Positions 8,549-17,638 of a stretch of 64,000 nucleotides of DNA are shown in pieces (the first letter of the stretch is position 1; each line of letters opens with the position of its first letter). Under the pieces are notes generated by a model. The model was not told the DNA's origin and made no database searches. It saw nothing but the letters and a program-made list of their open reading frames with translations. The position numbers and the translations under genes were made by a program. This DNA comes from Thermodesulfobacteriota bacterium (GTDB lineage Bacteria > Desulfobacterota_D > UBA1144 > Nemesobacterales > UBA2774): positions 1,376,001 through 1,440,000 of the forward strand of contig OZ244197.1 of NCBI GenBank assembly GCA_965216785.1, given 5' to 3'.

Positions 8549-8612
8549 CCGGCACGAGCGTGAACTCGAGGGATTTTAAGTCCCTTGCGTCTACCAATTC
8601 CGCCACCCGGGC
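8526..8612 (-). tRNA. tRNA-Leu(TAA)
   Basis: GCCCGGGTGGCGGAATTGGTAGACGC AAGGGA-CTTAAAA-TCCCT, long variable arm, GGTTCGAGTCC, ends in CCA. Confidence 0.97.
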
Positions 8613-8756
8613 ACAGTAGGGCGGGCTCACTATTATAAAAACAAGAAAGAATAATAGCGGGAAGATTTGTATTTTACAGTTTTTACAGAGTCATTCAATA
8701 GCGGGCGGCTCATTACTTAAGAGAAATGATTGTTTAATTCCAGGGATCGGCAGAAT

Positions 8757-9107
8757 TTACAAATCACTTTTCATCTCTTCTATCTCTTTATTAAGGAAAT
8801 AGGACAATATGGTTCTTATAACTACGATACCGCCTAGAAAAATAAGCTCTTCCGTTGTTTGATGCAGAACCGTTTTTATTATATCGGCGACTATCATTAT
8901 TTCTAAACCCAGCAAAAGATAACTGCCCAAAAAACACCTGATAGTTTTTATATCAGAGCTGCTAAGAGTTTTATTCCTTATCCTCAGCGCAAAATAGTCA
9001 TACATTGCTTTTATGAAACCCCATAAAATAAATAATATCGCTACTATATCTATAATCTCTGTTACCGGAGTAAAGATAGATACGATGAATTCTTCAAAAT
9101 GAAGCAT
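8757..9107 (-). CDS. DUF1622 membrane protein
   Basis: LG.YLLLGLEIM..ADII.T...LG.IVVIRTILSYFL.KEI signature. Confidence 0.88.
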   Translation of the reverse strand: MLHFEEFIVSIFTPVTEIIDIVAILFILWGFIKAMYDYFALRIRNKTLSSSDIKTIRCFLGSYLLLGLEIMIVADIIKTVLHQTTEELIFLGGIVVIRTILSYFLNKEIEEMKSDL

Positions 9108-9455
9108 GTGTGCCCCCCTGATAATTATTTATTTTCATATCCTGAAGCGAAAGCCCCGGAGTCCTTTCTCTAACCACATTGATATCATCTAATTTACTTT
9201 ACTCCGATTGCTATTAAAAACTTTGAGGCTTATATGACCTACTACTTTAGACTTCGTATGACGAAATAAGTAGCGTCCGCCTGCCCCTGCTTATTACCCC
9301 AGTATCTCCAAAATATAAAATTCACCAAATATCGTGGATTCACTAAATATCCAAGATACCTCTAACTCACCAAAATTGTAGAGAACCCCTCCGGAATTAA
9401 GCATTATCACGTCATTCTAGAGGCTTAGAGCCCTCTTCGCTCATCAGAGGAGCCG

Positions 9456-9471
9456 TGGCACGCGCGTTGCA
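9456..9471 (+). promoter_or_regulatory. Sigma-54 (-24/-12) promoter
   Basis: TGGCACGCGCGTTGCA is a perfect consensus, 38 bp before the ATG; AGGAGG RBS follows. Confidence 0.85.
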
Positions 9472-9509
9472 CTTAAGGGGCGTATCAAAAAAATTCAGGA
9501 GGCAGTAAC

Positions 9510-10487
9510 ATGACTTACATTATGAGACAAACGGTTTTAGTTTTATTCGCCATTGTGATGATAGGGCAAGCGGCGGCATTCGCGGGAGAGCAGACAGCAC
9601 CTCCCACTCAGACCCTTCATAAGACGGTGAAGATAGACGGGCTGGACATATTCTACAGGGAAGCGGGCCCTAAGGACGCACCGACGATCCTTCTGCTGCA
9701 CGGGTTCCCTACTTCATCGCATATGTTCAGGAACCTTATCCCGGCCCTTTCGGACAAGTACCACGTGGTGGCTCCGGATTACCCCGGATACGGGTTCAGC
9801 TCTATGCCCACGGTGGACGAGTTTGACTACACTTTCGACAACTTGGCCGCGGTAATGGAAAAGTTTATAGATAAGCTCGGGCTGGATAGCTACAGCCTTT
9901 ACCTTCAGGACTACGGCGCGCCGGTAGGTTTCCGCATCGCCGCGAAGAGTCCTGAGAAGGTGGAAGCGCTTATCGTCCAGAACGGAAACGCCTACGAAGA
10001 GGGGCTGCGCGAGTTCTGGGTTCCGCTGAGAGCCTACTGGAAGGACCGCTCGGAAAAGAACGCCGCTGTGCTAAGAGAGTTCCTTACACTCGATACTACC
10101 AAGTGGCAGTACACCCACGGCGTCAGGAACGTCGAGACGATAAGCCCCGACAACTGGGGGCACGTACAACCGCTGCTTGACCGCCCGGGCAACCAGGAGA
10201 TACAGCTTGCGCTATTTTACAGCTACGGCTCAAACCCTCCGCTCTATCCCGACTGGCAGGCGTACATGAGAAAGCACCAGCCCCCGACGCTGATCGTATG
10301 GGGTAAGAACGACTACATATTCCCGGCTGAGGGCGCATATCCCTACAAGCGGGACCTTAAGAACGTTGACTTCAATATACTCGACACCGGGCACTTTGCC
10401 CTGGAAGAGGACCTTGAGGTCATTACAGGGCACATTCGGAGATTTATGTCTGAGAACGTAAACAAAAACTCCTCTGCCAAAAAATAG
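9510..10487 (+). CDS. Exported alpha/beta hydrolase (epoxide hydrolase/dehalogenase-like)
   Basis: [22 protein letters not shown] nucleophile elbow, DTGHFALE; signal peptide. Confidence 0.9.
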   Translation: MTYIMRQTVLVLFAIVMIGQAAAFAGEQTAPPTQTLHKTVKIDGLDIFYREAGPKDAPTILLLHGFPTSSHMFRNLIPALSDKYHVVAPDYPGYGFSSMPTVDEFDYTFDNLAAVMEKFIDKLGLDSYSLYLQDYGAPVGFRIAAKSPEKVEALIVQNGNAYEEGLREFWVPLRAYWKDRSEKNAAVLREFLTLDTTKWQYTHGVRNVETISPDNWGHVQPLLDRPGNQEIQLALFYSYGSNPPLYPDWQAYMRKHQPPTLIVWGKNDYIFPAEGAYPYKRDLKNVDFNILDTGHFALEEDLEVITGHIRRFMSENVNKNSSAKK

Positions 10488-10510
10488 TTTCCAACTAAAA
10501 GACAGAACGA

Positions 10511-10548
10511 GCAGGCCGCGCTCTGAAAATGGCGCGGTCTGCGTTTCT
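10511..10548 (+). terminator. Intergenic stem-loop (terminator or processing stem)
   Basis: GCAGGCCGCGC...GCGCGGTCTGC followed by GTTTCTT. Confidence 0.5.
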
Positions 10549-10605
10549 TATGACAAACAGGCTCTGCTTACAGGGGCTAAATCACATAAAACGGAGGTAT
10601 TCAAA

Positions 10606-11277
10606 ATGGCATTACCCGATCCCGGAGTAAAAGTAGATAAGACTAATACGGCACTGCTGATTACGGACCCGCAGAACGATTTCCTCAGCCCCGAGGGGGT
10701 TACGTGGGGAGTCGTCGGCGAGAGCGTCACGGAGAACAATACGGTCTCGAACCTTGAGCAGCTCTTTAAGACGGCTAAGAAAAGGGGCATCCCGGTATTC
10801 ATCTCTCCTCACTATTATTACCCGACAGACCACGGGTGGAAGTTTGAGGGAGCGCTCGAGAGACTGATGCACTATTTAGGTATGTTCGACAGAAAAGGCC
10901 CTCTCAGTCTGGAGGATTTCGAGGGCTCGGGGGCCGATTGGCTTGAGCGCTACAAAGGCTATATAAACGACGGGGAAACAGTAGTTTGCAGCCCGCACAA
11001 GGTTTACGGCCCTGAGACAAACGACGTCGTTCTACAGCTCAGGAAGCGCGGCATCGGAAGAGTGGTACTGGCCGGGATGTCGGCAAACCTGTGCGTAGAG
11101 TCGCACCTGAGGGAGCTGCTTGAGACAGGGTTTGAGGTCGCGGTTGTAAAGGACGCCACCGCGGCGGCCAAGGTGCCCGAAGGCGACGGCTATGAGGCCG
11201 CTCTTACGAATTTCCGCTTTCTCGCCGGAACCGTCTGGACTACGAAAGAAGCCGTAAGGCACATGAATAAAAGCTGA
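10606..11277 (+). CDS. Isochorismatase-family cysteine hydrolase
   Basis: TALLITDPQNDF (Asp), PHK (Lys) and GMSANLCVE (Cys) catalytic triad motifs. Confidence 0.88.
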   Translation: MALPDPGVKVDKTNTALLITDPQNDFLSPEGVTWGVVGESVTENNTVSNLEQLFKTAKKRGIPVFISPHYYYPTDHGWKFEGALERLMHYLGMFDRKGPLSLEDFEGSGADWLERYKGYINDGETVVCSPHKVYGPETNDVVLQLRKRGIGRVVLAGMSANLCVESHLRELLETGFEVAVVKDATAAAKVPEGDGYEAALTNFRFLAGTVWTTKEAVRHMNKS

Positions 11278-11351
11278 TATCTGCGGCTCTTAAATAATTT
11301 CTCTAAATCCAACCAAACACCGTCCCGGCTCTTTGGAATTATTAACAGGTT

Positions 11352-11936
11352 CTATGCCGGGGCGGGTTCCGTAAGTACCTTTTCAATATTTTTAAGCGCT
11401 TCCCTAAACGGCTTTGTCGAGCCGATTCCTCTTGAGAGCACTAGTCCTCCTTGAAGCAGAGTCAAAGCGTTTACGGCTCTTGACTGAGCTTCCTCTTTAC
11501 TAACCCCATTTTCCTCCAAAACGCCAGCAATCGTGCTTATTAATGTCTTGAAACCGTTCTTTATAGATTTGGCGAACGGCCCCTTATCTATAGTGGGATG
11601 AGAGAGCATGTTCAGCAGGCAGGACTCGTTTCCGCCAGCGTAGAGGTTGTTAAGCTCCTTTACGAGGTGCTTGATTTTCTTGTCGGGAGTGAGCTTGCCG
11701 TCTTTACTCCTTAGGGGCTCAATTATGTTCTCGGCTATCCACGCGTCGGCAAAGTCCAGCACCGATTGGGCCATCTCTTCCTTGCCACCGGGAAAGCGGT
11801 GGTATAGGCTTGCTTTCTGAAGCCCCGTTACCTCGGCGAGCACGGTCATCGACGCCCCTTCGTATCCGTAGTTCCTGAACACCTTGGCCAGTCTCTCCAT
11901 GAGTTCCTGATCGCTTACTTTCGCAGTTCGAGCCAC
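11352..11936 (-). CDS. TetR/AcrR family regulator (LmrA/YxaF-like)
   Basis: HTH F..YGYEGASM..LA..TGL.KASLYHRFPGGKEE; single Cys in GNESCLL. Confidence 0.92.
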   Translation of the reverse strand: MARTAKVSDQELMERLAKVFRNYGYEGASMTVLAEVTGLQKASLYHRFPGGKEEMAQSVLDFADAWIAENIIEPLRSKDGKLTPDKKIKHLVKELNNLYAGGNESCLLNMLSHPTIDKGPFAKSIKNGFKTLISTIAGVLEENGVSKEEAQSRAVNALTLLQGGLVLSRGIGSTKPFREALKNIEKVLTEPAPA

Positions 11937-12027
11937 ATGAGCCTCCTATTCTTTACTGAACATTCGTTATAATGTACCTGTAATCACTCATAAATAAATA
12001 ATTTTTACAAACTACTGAAAAAAACTA

Positions 12028-12077
12028 TTGACAAACTATTTGTATTTCACTACAATAATTATACCGAACGTTCGGTA
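12028..12077 (+). promoter_or_regulatory. Sigma-70 promoter of the activator gene with overlapping palindromic operator
   Basis: TTGACA-17bp-TACAAT (12028-12056), then perfect palindrome TACCGAACGTTCGGTA (12062-12077). A 13/16 copy, TACTGAACATTCGTTA, lies at 11954-11969 in front of tetR. Confidence 0.8.
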
Positions 12078-12107
12078 ATTATCAAGTAGAGTTAAGGAGG
12101 TTTCAGA

Positions 12108-13160
12108 ATGTCTTGCAAAATAGCCGATATGAATTATCTCTGTGAGCGGGGTAAAAATTCTTCACCGGCCGTGCGCTATCTAAAGCTGTCTAGGGCAGGA
12201 GATTACTCGGGTGTGTTTAATAATATCGTAGGTAAGAGCACGGCGCTAAGGGCTGTGCTGAGTAAGGCAAGGCTCGTAGCGGGAACAAACGCTACAGTGT
12301 TGATTACCGGGGAGACCGGTACGGGTAAGGAGCTGATCGCCAGGGCCGTTCATAACGAGAGCCCGCGAAGAGAGCGCCCTATGGTAAAGGTCAACTGCTC
12401 GGCGCTTCCCGCAAACCTCATAGAGAGCGAGCTGTTCGGCCATGAGAAAGGAGCTTTCACCGGGGCCATAGATAAAAAGATAGGACGGTTCGAGCTTGCG
12501 GACAAGGGTACGATATTCCTTGACGAGATCGGGGACATGCCGCTTGAGCTTCAAGCCAAGCTATTGAGAGTGCTTCAGGAAGGTGAGTTTGAGAGGCTCG
12601 GAAACCCCAGGACCATTAAAGTGGACACACGCGTCATCGCGGCCACGAACCTTAACTTTGAAGAGGCGATTAAAGAAGGAAAATTCCGTGAAGACCTCTT
12701 TTACAGGCTAAACGTATTTCCCCTCCACGCACCGCCCCTCAGAGAAAGAAAAGAAGACATACCGGGGCTTGTTTCTCACTTCAGCGTAAAGCTGGGCGCG
12801 AAGGTAGGTAAGGAAATACATTCCATAAGTTATAAAGCGCTCGATCAACTCTCGCAATATGATTGGCCCGGTAACGTGCGTGAGCTTGAAAACGCTATAG
12901 AAAGAGCGATTATCACAGCCGAGAATAGCACGATACAGCCCGGGGAATGGATACCTCAAAAGAATAAGACACCGCTTGCTTCGGATGAAATATATACTTT
13001 AGAGGAAAACGAGAAGCGCCTAATCATGAGGGTCACCGAGCTTACGGGTGGTATTTTGAGCGGCGAAAGGGGCGCGGCAAAACTGCTCGGAATTAACCCC
13101 AATACGCTGCGGAGCCGAATGGAGAAACTTGGTATAAAAAGACGGCTCAGTGTTTGTTAG
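12108..13160 (+). CDS. Sigma-54-dependent transcriptional activator lacking an N-terminal sensor domain
   Basis: GETGTGKE Walker [30 protein letters not shown] and C-terminal Fis-type HTH. Only ~37 aa precede the AAA+ domain. Confidence 0.93.
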   Translation: MSCKIADMNYLCERGKNSSPAVRYLKLSRAGDYSGVFNNIVGKSTALRAVLSKARLVAGTNATVLITGETGTGKELIARAVHNESPRRERPMVKVNCSALPANLIESELFGHEKGAFTGAIDKKIGRFELADKGTIFLDEIGDMPLELQAKLLRVLQEGEFERLGNPRTIKVDTRVIAATNLNFEEAIKEGKFREDLFYRLNVFPLHAPPLRERKEDIPGLVSHFSVKLGAKVGKEIHSISYKALDQLSQYDWPGNVRELENAIERAIITAENSTIQPGEWIPQKNKTPLASDEIYTLEENEKRLIMRVTELTGGILSGERGAAKLLGINPNTLRSRMEKLGIKRRLSVC

Positions 13161-13277
13161 GCTAAAAGATAAGTTACTTCGAGGGAACGCGGTGACCACC
13201 GCAATCCCGGACACTCACGACTGCTCTATAGTTTTACTCCCATAGATCCGCTACATATTCCGGTCTGTCCTCGGACT

Positions 13278-13376
13278 CTGATTTGATTCCTGCCCCGGCA
13301 TCGCTGTGAAGCGCTCGCCTCTGTCCCCTGATTTTATTCCCGCGGGCATCGCTGTGAAGCGCTCGCCTCTGTCCCC
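13278..13376 (+). repeat. Tandem ~48-bp repeat (2 copies; third inverted copy at ~8413-8460)
   Basis: GGCATCGCTGTGAAGCGCTCGCCTCTGTCCCC is exact at 13297-13328 and 13345-13376. Confidence 0.85.
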
Positions 13377-13522
13377 ATTACGATATATCACAGAATTATT
13401 TTATTTCGCTATTAAATCTCATGATCCAAAGCTCGTGTGCGGGCGTATTATTGTGCAACTGATCAACATTGTTTAACGATAACAGGCGCTTGTATGGCTT
13501 AAATCAGCATAAAACGCACGTT

Positions 13523-13538
13523 TGGCACAGGGCTTGCA
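13523..13538 (+). promoter_or_regulatory. Sigma-54 (-24/-12) promoter
   Basis: TGGCACAGGGCTTGCA, ~42 bp before the ECF sigma ATG. Confidence 0.82.
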
Positions 13539-13580
13539 CTTATCACGAATGTAAAAATAAAGGTGTTACGGAGAGTTAAG

Positions 13581-14273
13581 ATGAGCAATACAAATTTAGC
13601 GCAAACACAAAAAACAAAAGGCTACGACATGCCGGCGGCGGACCCAAAGCAGTTTAGCGGAGAGCCCGCAAGAACGGAATATCTGAAAGCGCCTGACGAG
13701 CTGCTCGCAGAGCTTTACGTCAGTAAAAAAGCACAATGGGCCTTCAATGAGCTCGTAAACCGGTACAGCTGCAAGATCTATAAGCTCGCATACAAGTTTA
13801 CTAAGGACGAGAACGGCGCCAATGACGTCCTTCAAGAGGTCTTTCTCGCATTGTTTCAGAAGCTCGATACATTTAGGGGAGAGTCAAAATTCTCGACCTG
13901 GGTTTTCGGAATCACCAGGAATACGAGCCTCATGTATCTGAAAAAACAAAGAAAGCACCTTAGGGACCTATCGCTTACTGGGGCCCCAGACGCTGAGGGC
14001 GATACGCCCGAGTTCCTGGTGGAGGACTGGAGGTTCATACCGGACACGCTGATTATGGAGGAGGAAAAGCGGTACAAAGTTGAAGAAGCGCTGAGCGCGA
14101 TACCCGAGAAGTACAATACCGTGCTCCGCATGAGAGACCTTGAAGGCCGGACGAACCTTGAGATCGGTGCGATATTGGGCATTAGCCTATCGGCTGTAAA
14201 ATCGCGGGTCAGACGAGCGAGGATGCAGCTTAAGGAAAGTCTGGTGCAATACAGGGTGAATGAGCTTTACTGA
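13581..14273 (+). CDS. ECF RNA polymerase sigma factor
   Basis: Region 2 DVLQEVFL...FRGESKFSTW..I..N; region 4 LRDLEG....EIG.ILGIS..AVKSRVRRAR. ATG at 13581 follows GGAG. Confidence 0.92.
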   Translation: MSNTNLAQTQKTKGYDMPAADPKQFSGEPARTEYLKAPDELLAELYVSKKAQWAFNELVNRYSCKIYKLAYKFTKDENGANDVLQEVFLALFQKLDTFRGESKFSTWVFGITRNTSLMYLKKQRKHLRDLSLTGAPDAEGDTPEFLVEDWRFIPDTLIMEEEKRYKVEEALSAIPEKYNTVLRMRDLEGRTNLEIGAILGISLSAVKSRVRRARMQLKESLVQYRVNELY

Positions 14274-14403
14274 AACTCGCGCTTATTCCGGTTTTTCAAA
14301 GGGAAAATTGGAACTTTAGAACAATATTCTAGAGTCCCTTGTATATGGGTTTTAGAATGCGTTAAGGTTTGGATAGATATACGCGGGTAAGTATTCTGCG
14401 GCT

Positions 14404-14622
14404 TTAGTGGTAGTTTCGGTTAATTATCTGCTCTTCATCTTCGTCGTCGTCCCAGTCCTCGTCATCATCGTCGTCCCAGTCTTCTACGTCTTCGTCGTCG
14501 AACAATCCGTCTTCGTCGTCCAATTCGTCCCAGAGCTCCTCGTCTTCGTCCTCATCCCACTCGTCCTCATCATCGTTGCTCCACTCATCGTCTTTTTCAA
14601 GAAGCTTTAATTCTTTAGTCAT
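14404..14622 (-). CDS. Small hyper-acidic Asp/Glu/Trp-rich protein
   Basis: 72 aa, ~60% D/E, GGGGGT RBS, TTGACA-type promoter near 14711. Confidence 0.6.
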   Translation of the reverse strand: MTKELKLLEKDDEWSNDDEDEWDEDEDEELWDELDDEDGLFDDEDVEDWDDDDDEDWDDDEDEEQIINRNYH

Positions 14623-14842
14623 TAAATACCCCCGAACTACAGAAATCTAAGGAAAAATTTGCACTGCCTAATTTATATCTGAAAACATACATCTTGGCAT
14701 AGAAATGTCAAGCAAAATTATAGACAGTTTGTAATGCCTGGAATTTCCGTTTAAATGCAATAATATTTAAATATTACAGGGTGTTAGAGGTGTCAAGTTG
14801 CCGGATGGCAGGGGCGAGTAGGTATGCTGTCCGGGCTTATTT

Positions 14843-15874
14843 CTATGTATCGTCCGCCGAGCCCGGATCGCTGTGGTTATTTAAGAATTCCTCGGCCTTT
14901 AGAACCATTTCTTCAGACCCGGTAAAAATCGGGGTTCTCTGGTGAAGCTCTACGGGCTCGATGTCCAAAATACGTCTTACACCGTCAGTAGATCTTCCCC
15001 CTGCCTGCTCTACTATAAAAGACATAGGGTTGCACTCGTACACGAGCCTCAGCTTGCCGACGGGGTGATCGTTTAACGGCGGGTAGATGTATATGCCACC
15101 TGTTATTAAGTTCCTGTGGATGTCCGCGACCATCGAGCCTATGTAGCGGGCTGAGTAGGGTGAGCTTGATTCCCTGCCTACTTTCTTGCAGTAATTTATA
15201 TAATCTTTTACGCCCTGCGGGAAGCTGTCAAAGTAACCCGAGTTCACGGAGTAAGTCCTTCCTTCCGGAGGGATCTTCATGTCGAGATGGGACAGGCAAA
15301 ACTCCCCGATCGAGGGGTCTAGAGTAAAACCGTTCACACCGTGCCCGGTGCTGTATACGAGCATGGTAGATGAGCCGTATATTATATAGCCCGCGGCTGC
15401 CTGTTCCGCGCCCTTTTGAAGAAAGTCCTGGATTGTACAAGGGGCCCCCGTGGGAGTGACTCTTCTATAGATCGAGAATATGGTCCCGACAGAAACGTTG
15501 ACGTCAATGTTGGAAGAGCCGTCTAGAGGATCGATTGCGACTACGTATTTACCCTCGTAAGAGGACTTGCCTTCAAACGCTATAAACTCCTCGTCCTCTT
15601 CAGACGCGACGCCGCAGCACTGGCCTCCGAGCTCAAGTGAGGCTATGAAGCGTTGATTGGCTAATATGTCGAGCTTTTTTACTTCCTCCCCCTGCACGTT
15701 CGTATAGCCGGTCGATCCGAGCACGTCCACAAGTCCCGCTTTACTGACGTCTCTGTGTACAATCTTGGCGGCAAGGGCAATGTTACGCAAGAGCCTGGAC
15801 AGCTCACCGGTTGCGTAGGGGAATTCAGTTTGTTTTCTGATAATAAATTCGTCTAAAGTCTGAACGCCGATCAT
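14843..15874 (-). CDS. fbp: Fructose-1,6-bisphosphatase class 1
   Basis: [50 protein letters not shown]. Confidence 0.96.
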   Translation of the reverse strand: MIGVQTLDEFIIRKQTEFPYATGELSRLLRNIALAAKIVHRDVSKAGLVDVLGSTGYTNVQGEEVKKLDILANQRFIASLELGGQCCGVASEEDEEFIAFEGKSSYEGKYVVAIDPLDGSSNIDVNVSVGTIFSIYRRVTPTGAPCTIQDFLQKGAEQAAAGYIIYGSSTMLVYSTGHGVNGFTLDPSIGEFCLSHLDMKIPPEGRTYSVNSGYFDSFPQGVKDYINYCKKVGRESSSPYSARYIGSMVADIHRNLITGGIYIYPPLNDHPVGKLRLVYECNPMSFIVEQAGGRSTDGVRRILDIEPVELHQRTPIFTGSEEMVLKAEEFLNNHSDPGSADDT

Positions 15875-16030
15875 AAACAAATATAATACCAAAATTCTAA
15901 GTGCTAGGGAAATTTGAGTTATAAATATCTAATGTTATCTAGAGGTTATGCGCGCTTTTTGTTTTAATAGGTGGTTTTAAGATGGAATTTTTATTACTCT
16001 TAGGTAAGCTGCCAGCGCACGGTATTAAAG

Positions 16031-16057
16031 AAAAAAGGGAGCCGAAGCCCCCTTTTT
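16031..16057 (-). terminator. Intrinsic terminator after IPTL-CTERM gene
   Basis: Minus strand AAAAAGGGGGCTTCGGCTCCCTTTTTT. Confidence 0.8.
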
Positions 16058-16084
16058 GTTCTATTGTTGTCGTGGTTAACAGAT

Positions 16085-16768
16085 TTAAGCACTCACCTTC
16101 TTTCTGCGTATGGCTATCAGGCCGATAATTCCAAGCACTCCTGCCATAGCGATCATCCCCCATTCAGAGAGTGTGGGTATGGGTCGCGGCGGTACATGAG
16201 CATAAACAATGCGCTCATACTCGTTCTCGTCGATCCCAAGGTCTTCAATCGCTCCGCATCGATATCCTTCACTATTATTCAAATGCCAGCACAGCCTTTC
16301 GTCGTCAGCGCCGCTATTATCAATGTCGCAATTAACTTTCTTTACAACATCTCCCGCTCTGGCAAATCCCCAGGCATTCCCATCTTCTACTTCACCACCG
16401 ACATTGTTGAAATACCAGCCGACACCGTTTGCTATGTGAACAACATCAGTATTATCATCACCTGTATCGAAAGTGACGTCGCTCCTCTCGCCCTGGGCAA
16501 GCAGCATAAGAGTGGAGCTTCCGGTCATTCTACAGGACAGCATCAATCGTTCCCCGGGACATTGGGAGAGCACCTGGTCGGCGTCCATATGGACATCATA
16601 GGTGTCACGGTAGCACTCGGTCCATCCGCCACCGGTTACCGTGGCTACCGCTACATTCGTCTTAGGTCCGACCGGAAGGTAGCTCTGTGCTTTTACTTCT
16701 AGGGGTGTAAATATAAAAACCGCAACTGTTACTACAATTATTGGTAAAAATGAAAGTGCATTTTTCAT
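16085..16768 (-). CDS. IPTL-CTERM sorting-domain surface protein
   Basis: Signal peptide; C-terminal RPIPTLSEWG + transmembrane helix + RRKK. Confidence 0.88.
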   Translation of the reverse strand: MKNALSFLPIIVVTVAVFIFTPLEVKAQSYLPVGPKTNVAVATVTGGGWTECYRDTYDVHMDADQVLSQCPGERLMLSCRMTGSSTLMLLAQGERSDVTFDTGDDNTDVVHIANGVGWYFNNVGGEVEDGNAWGFARAGDVVKKVNCDIDNSGADDERLCWHLNNSEGYRCGAIEDLGIDENEYERIVYAHVPPRPIPTLSEWGMIAMAGVLGIIGLIAIRRKKVSA

Positions 16769-16902
16769 CTTCCCTTCTCCTTTAATAGAAATTAATTTTT
16801 TCTAATATTACACATTTCCAAAATCAATATCAATTATTTTAAGTGACTCATCTTATATATTTCTCTTCTTTGACTATACAAGGAATTGTTATGATACGAT
16901 TG

Positions 16903-17472
16903 CTATTCAGAGTTTTTCTCGCGAGACTCTTCAATTTTCATTGCGGCCCTGATGCCCTCTTCCCGAATTACCTCTTTGGCTCTTAAAACACTCTTGTCAA
17001 AATCCTCGGGGAGGCTGTTTTTAACGACAGTGTAAGCCTGGTTAAGATAAGGGACGAGGGTCGAATTCTCGAGCGCAGAGTCATTTTCCGAGTAGAACAT
17101 GCCAAGCGATGAGGTGAATAGAAACGCGAGCACTGCTCCTATGATAAACCCGAGCAGTCCTCCGGCGCCCCTGTTTATCCAGGAGAGCTGAAGCGTGCCA
17201 ATGAGCTTAGCCGTTATCCAGCCCAGTATCTGGATGATTATGTAAGCCACAAAGCCTGAGATAATAAACCCGCCGACGTTCGCTATGGACTCATTGTCCA
17301 CAAGCCCCATGTCCATAAACACTCCCCCGGCGATATCGTAGAGGATGAAACCCACAATAATGCCGCCCACGAGCGCCGCTATGGAGAAAACCTGGCGGAT
17401 GAGCCCCCTGTAGATGCCGATCAGGGTGAATACCGAGAGGATGATTACGATGGTTATGTCGAGCCAGTTCAT
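16903..17472 (-). CDS. cvpA: CvpA (colicin V production) family membrane protein
   Basis: MNWLD...G..RGLI.Q, W.NR..G.L.G...G, S.L.PY. Confidence 0.88.
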   Translation of the reverse strand: MNWLDITIVIILSVFTLIGIYRGLIRQVFSIAALVGGIIVGFILYDIAGGVFMDMGLVDNESIANVGGFIISGFVAYIIIQILGWITAKLIGTLQLSWINRGAGGLLGFIIGAVLAFLFTSSLGMFYSENDSALENSTLVPYLNQAYTVVKNSLPEDFDKSVLRAKEVIREEGIRAAMKIEESREKNSE

Positions 17473-17638
17473 TGTTTAGACCTTCGAGCTGTTTTCTATA
17501 ACATAATGACCGGACTGTTTCATAATTCAATCTCGCCGTGGATTCACATATGTCTTAACATTCCCGCAGTGGATTATCTTTGCGTGCTCGACTACAATAC
17601 TTATAAGGTTTAAATGATCATGGGAGGGCTTTTTGTAA

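Noticed and set aside
8433-8630. 65-aa ORF
   Set aside because: Overlaps tRNA-Leu and the repeat; spurious.
13278-13376. Mini CRISPR array
   Set aside because: Only two units, the intervening sequences are similar rather than unique spacers, and there are no cas genes.
16064-16702. 212-aa plus-strand ORF (and similar long antisense ORFs at 51504-52079 and 60441-61088)
   Set aside because: Antisense to well-supported genes, with no recognisable motifs.
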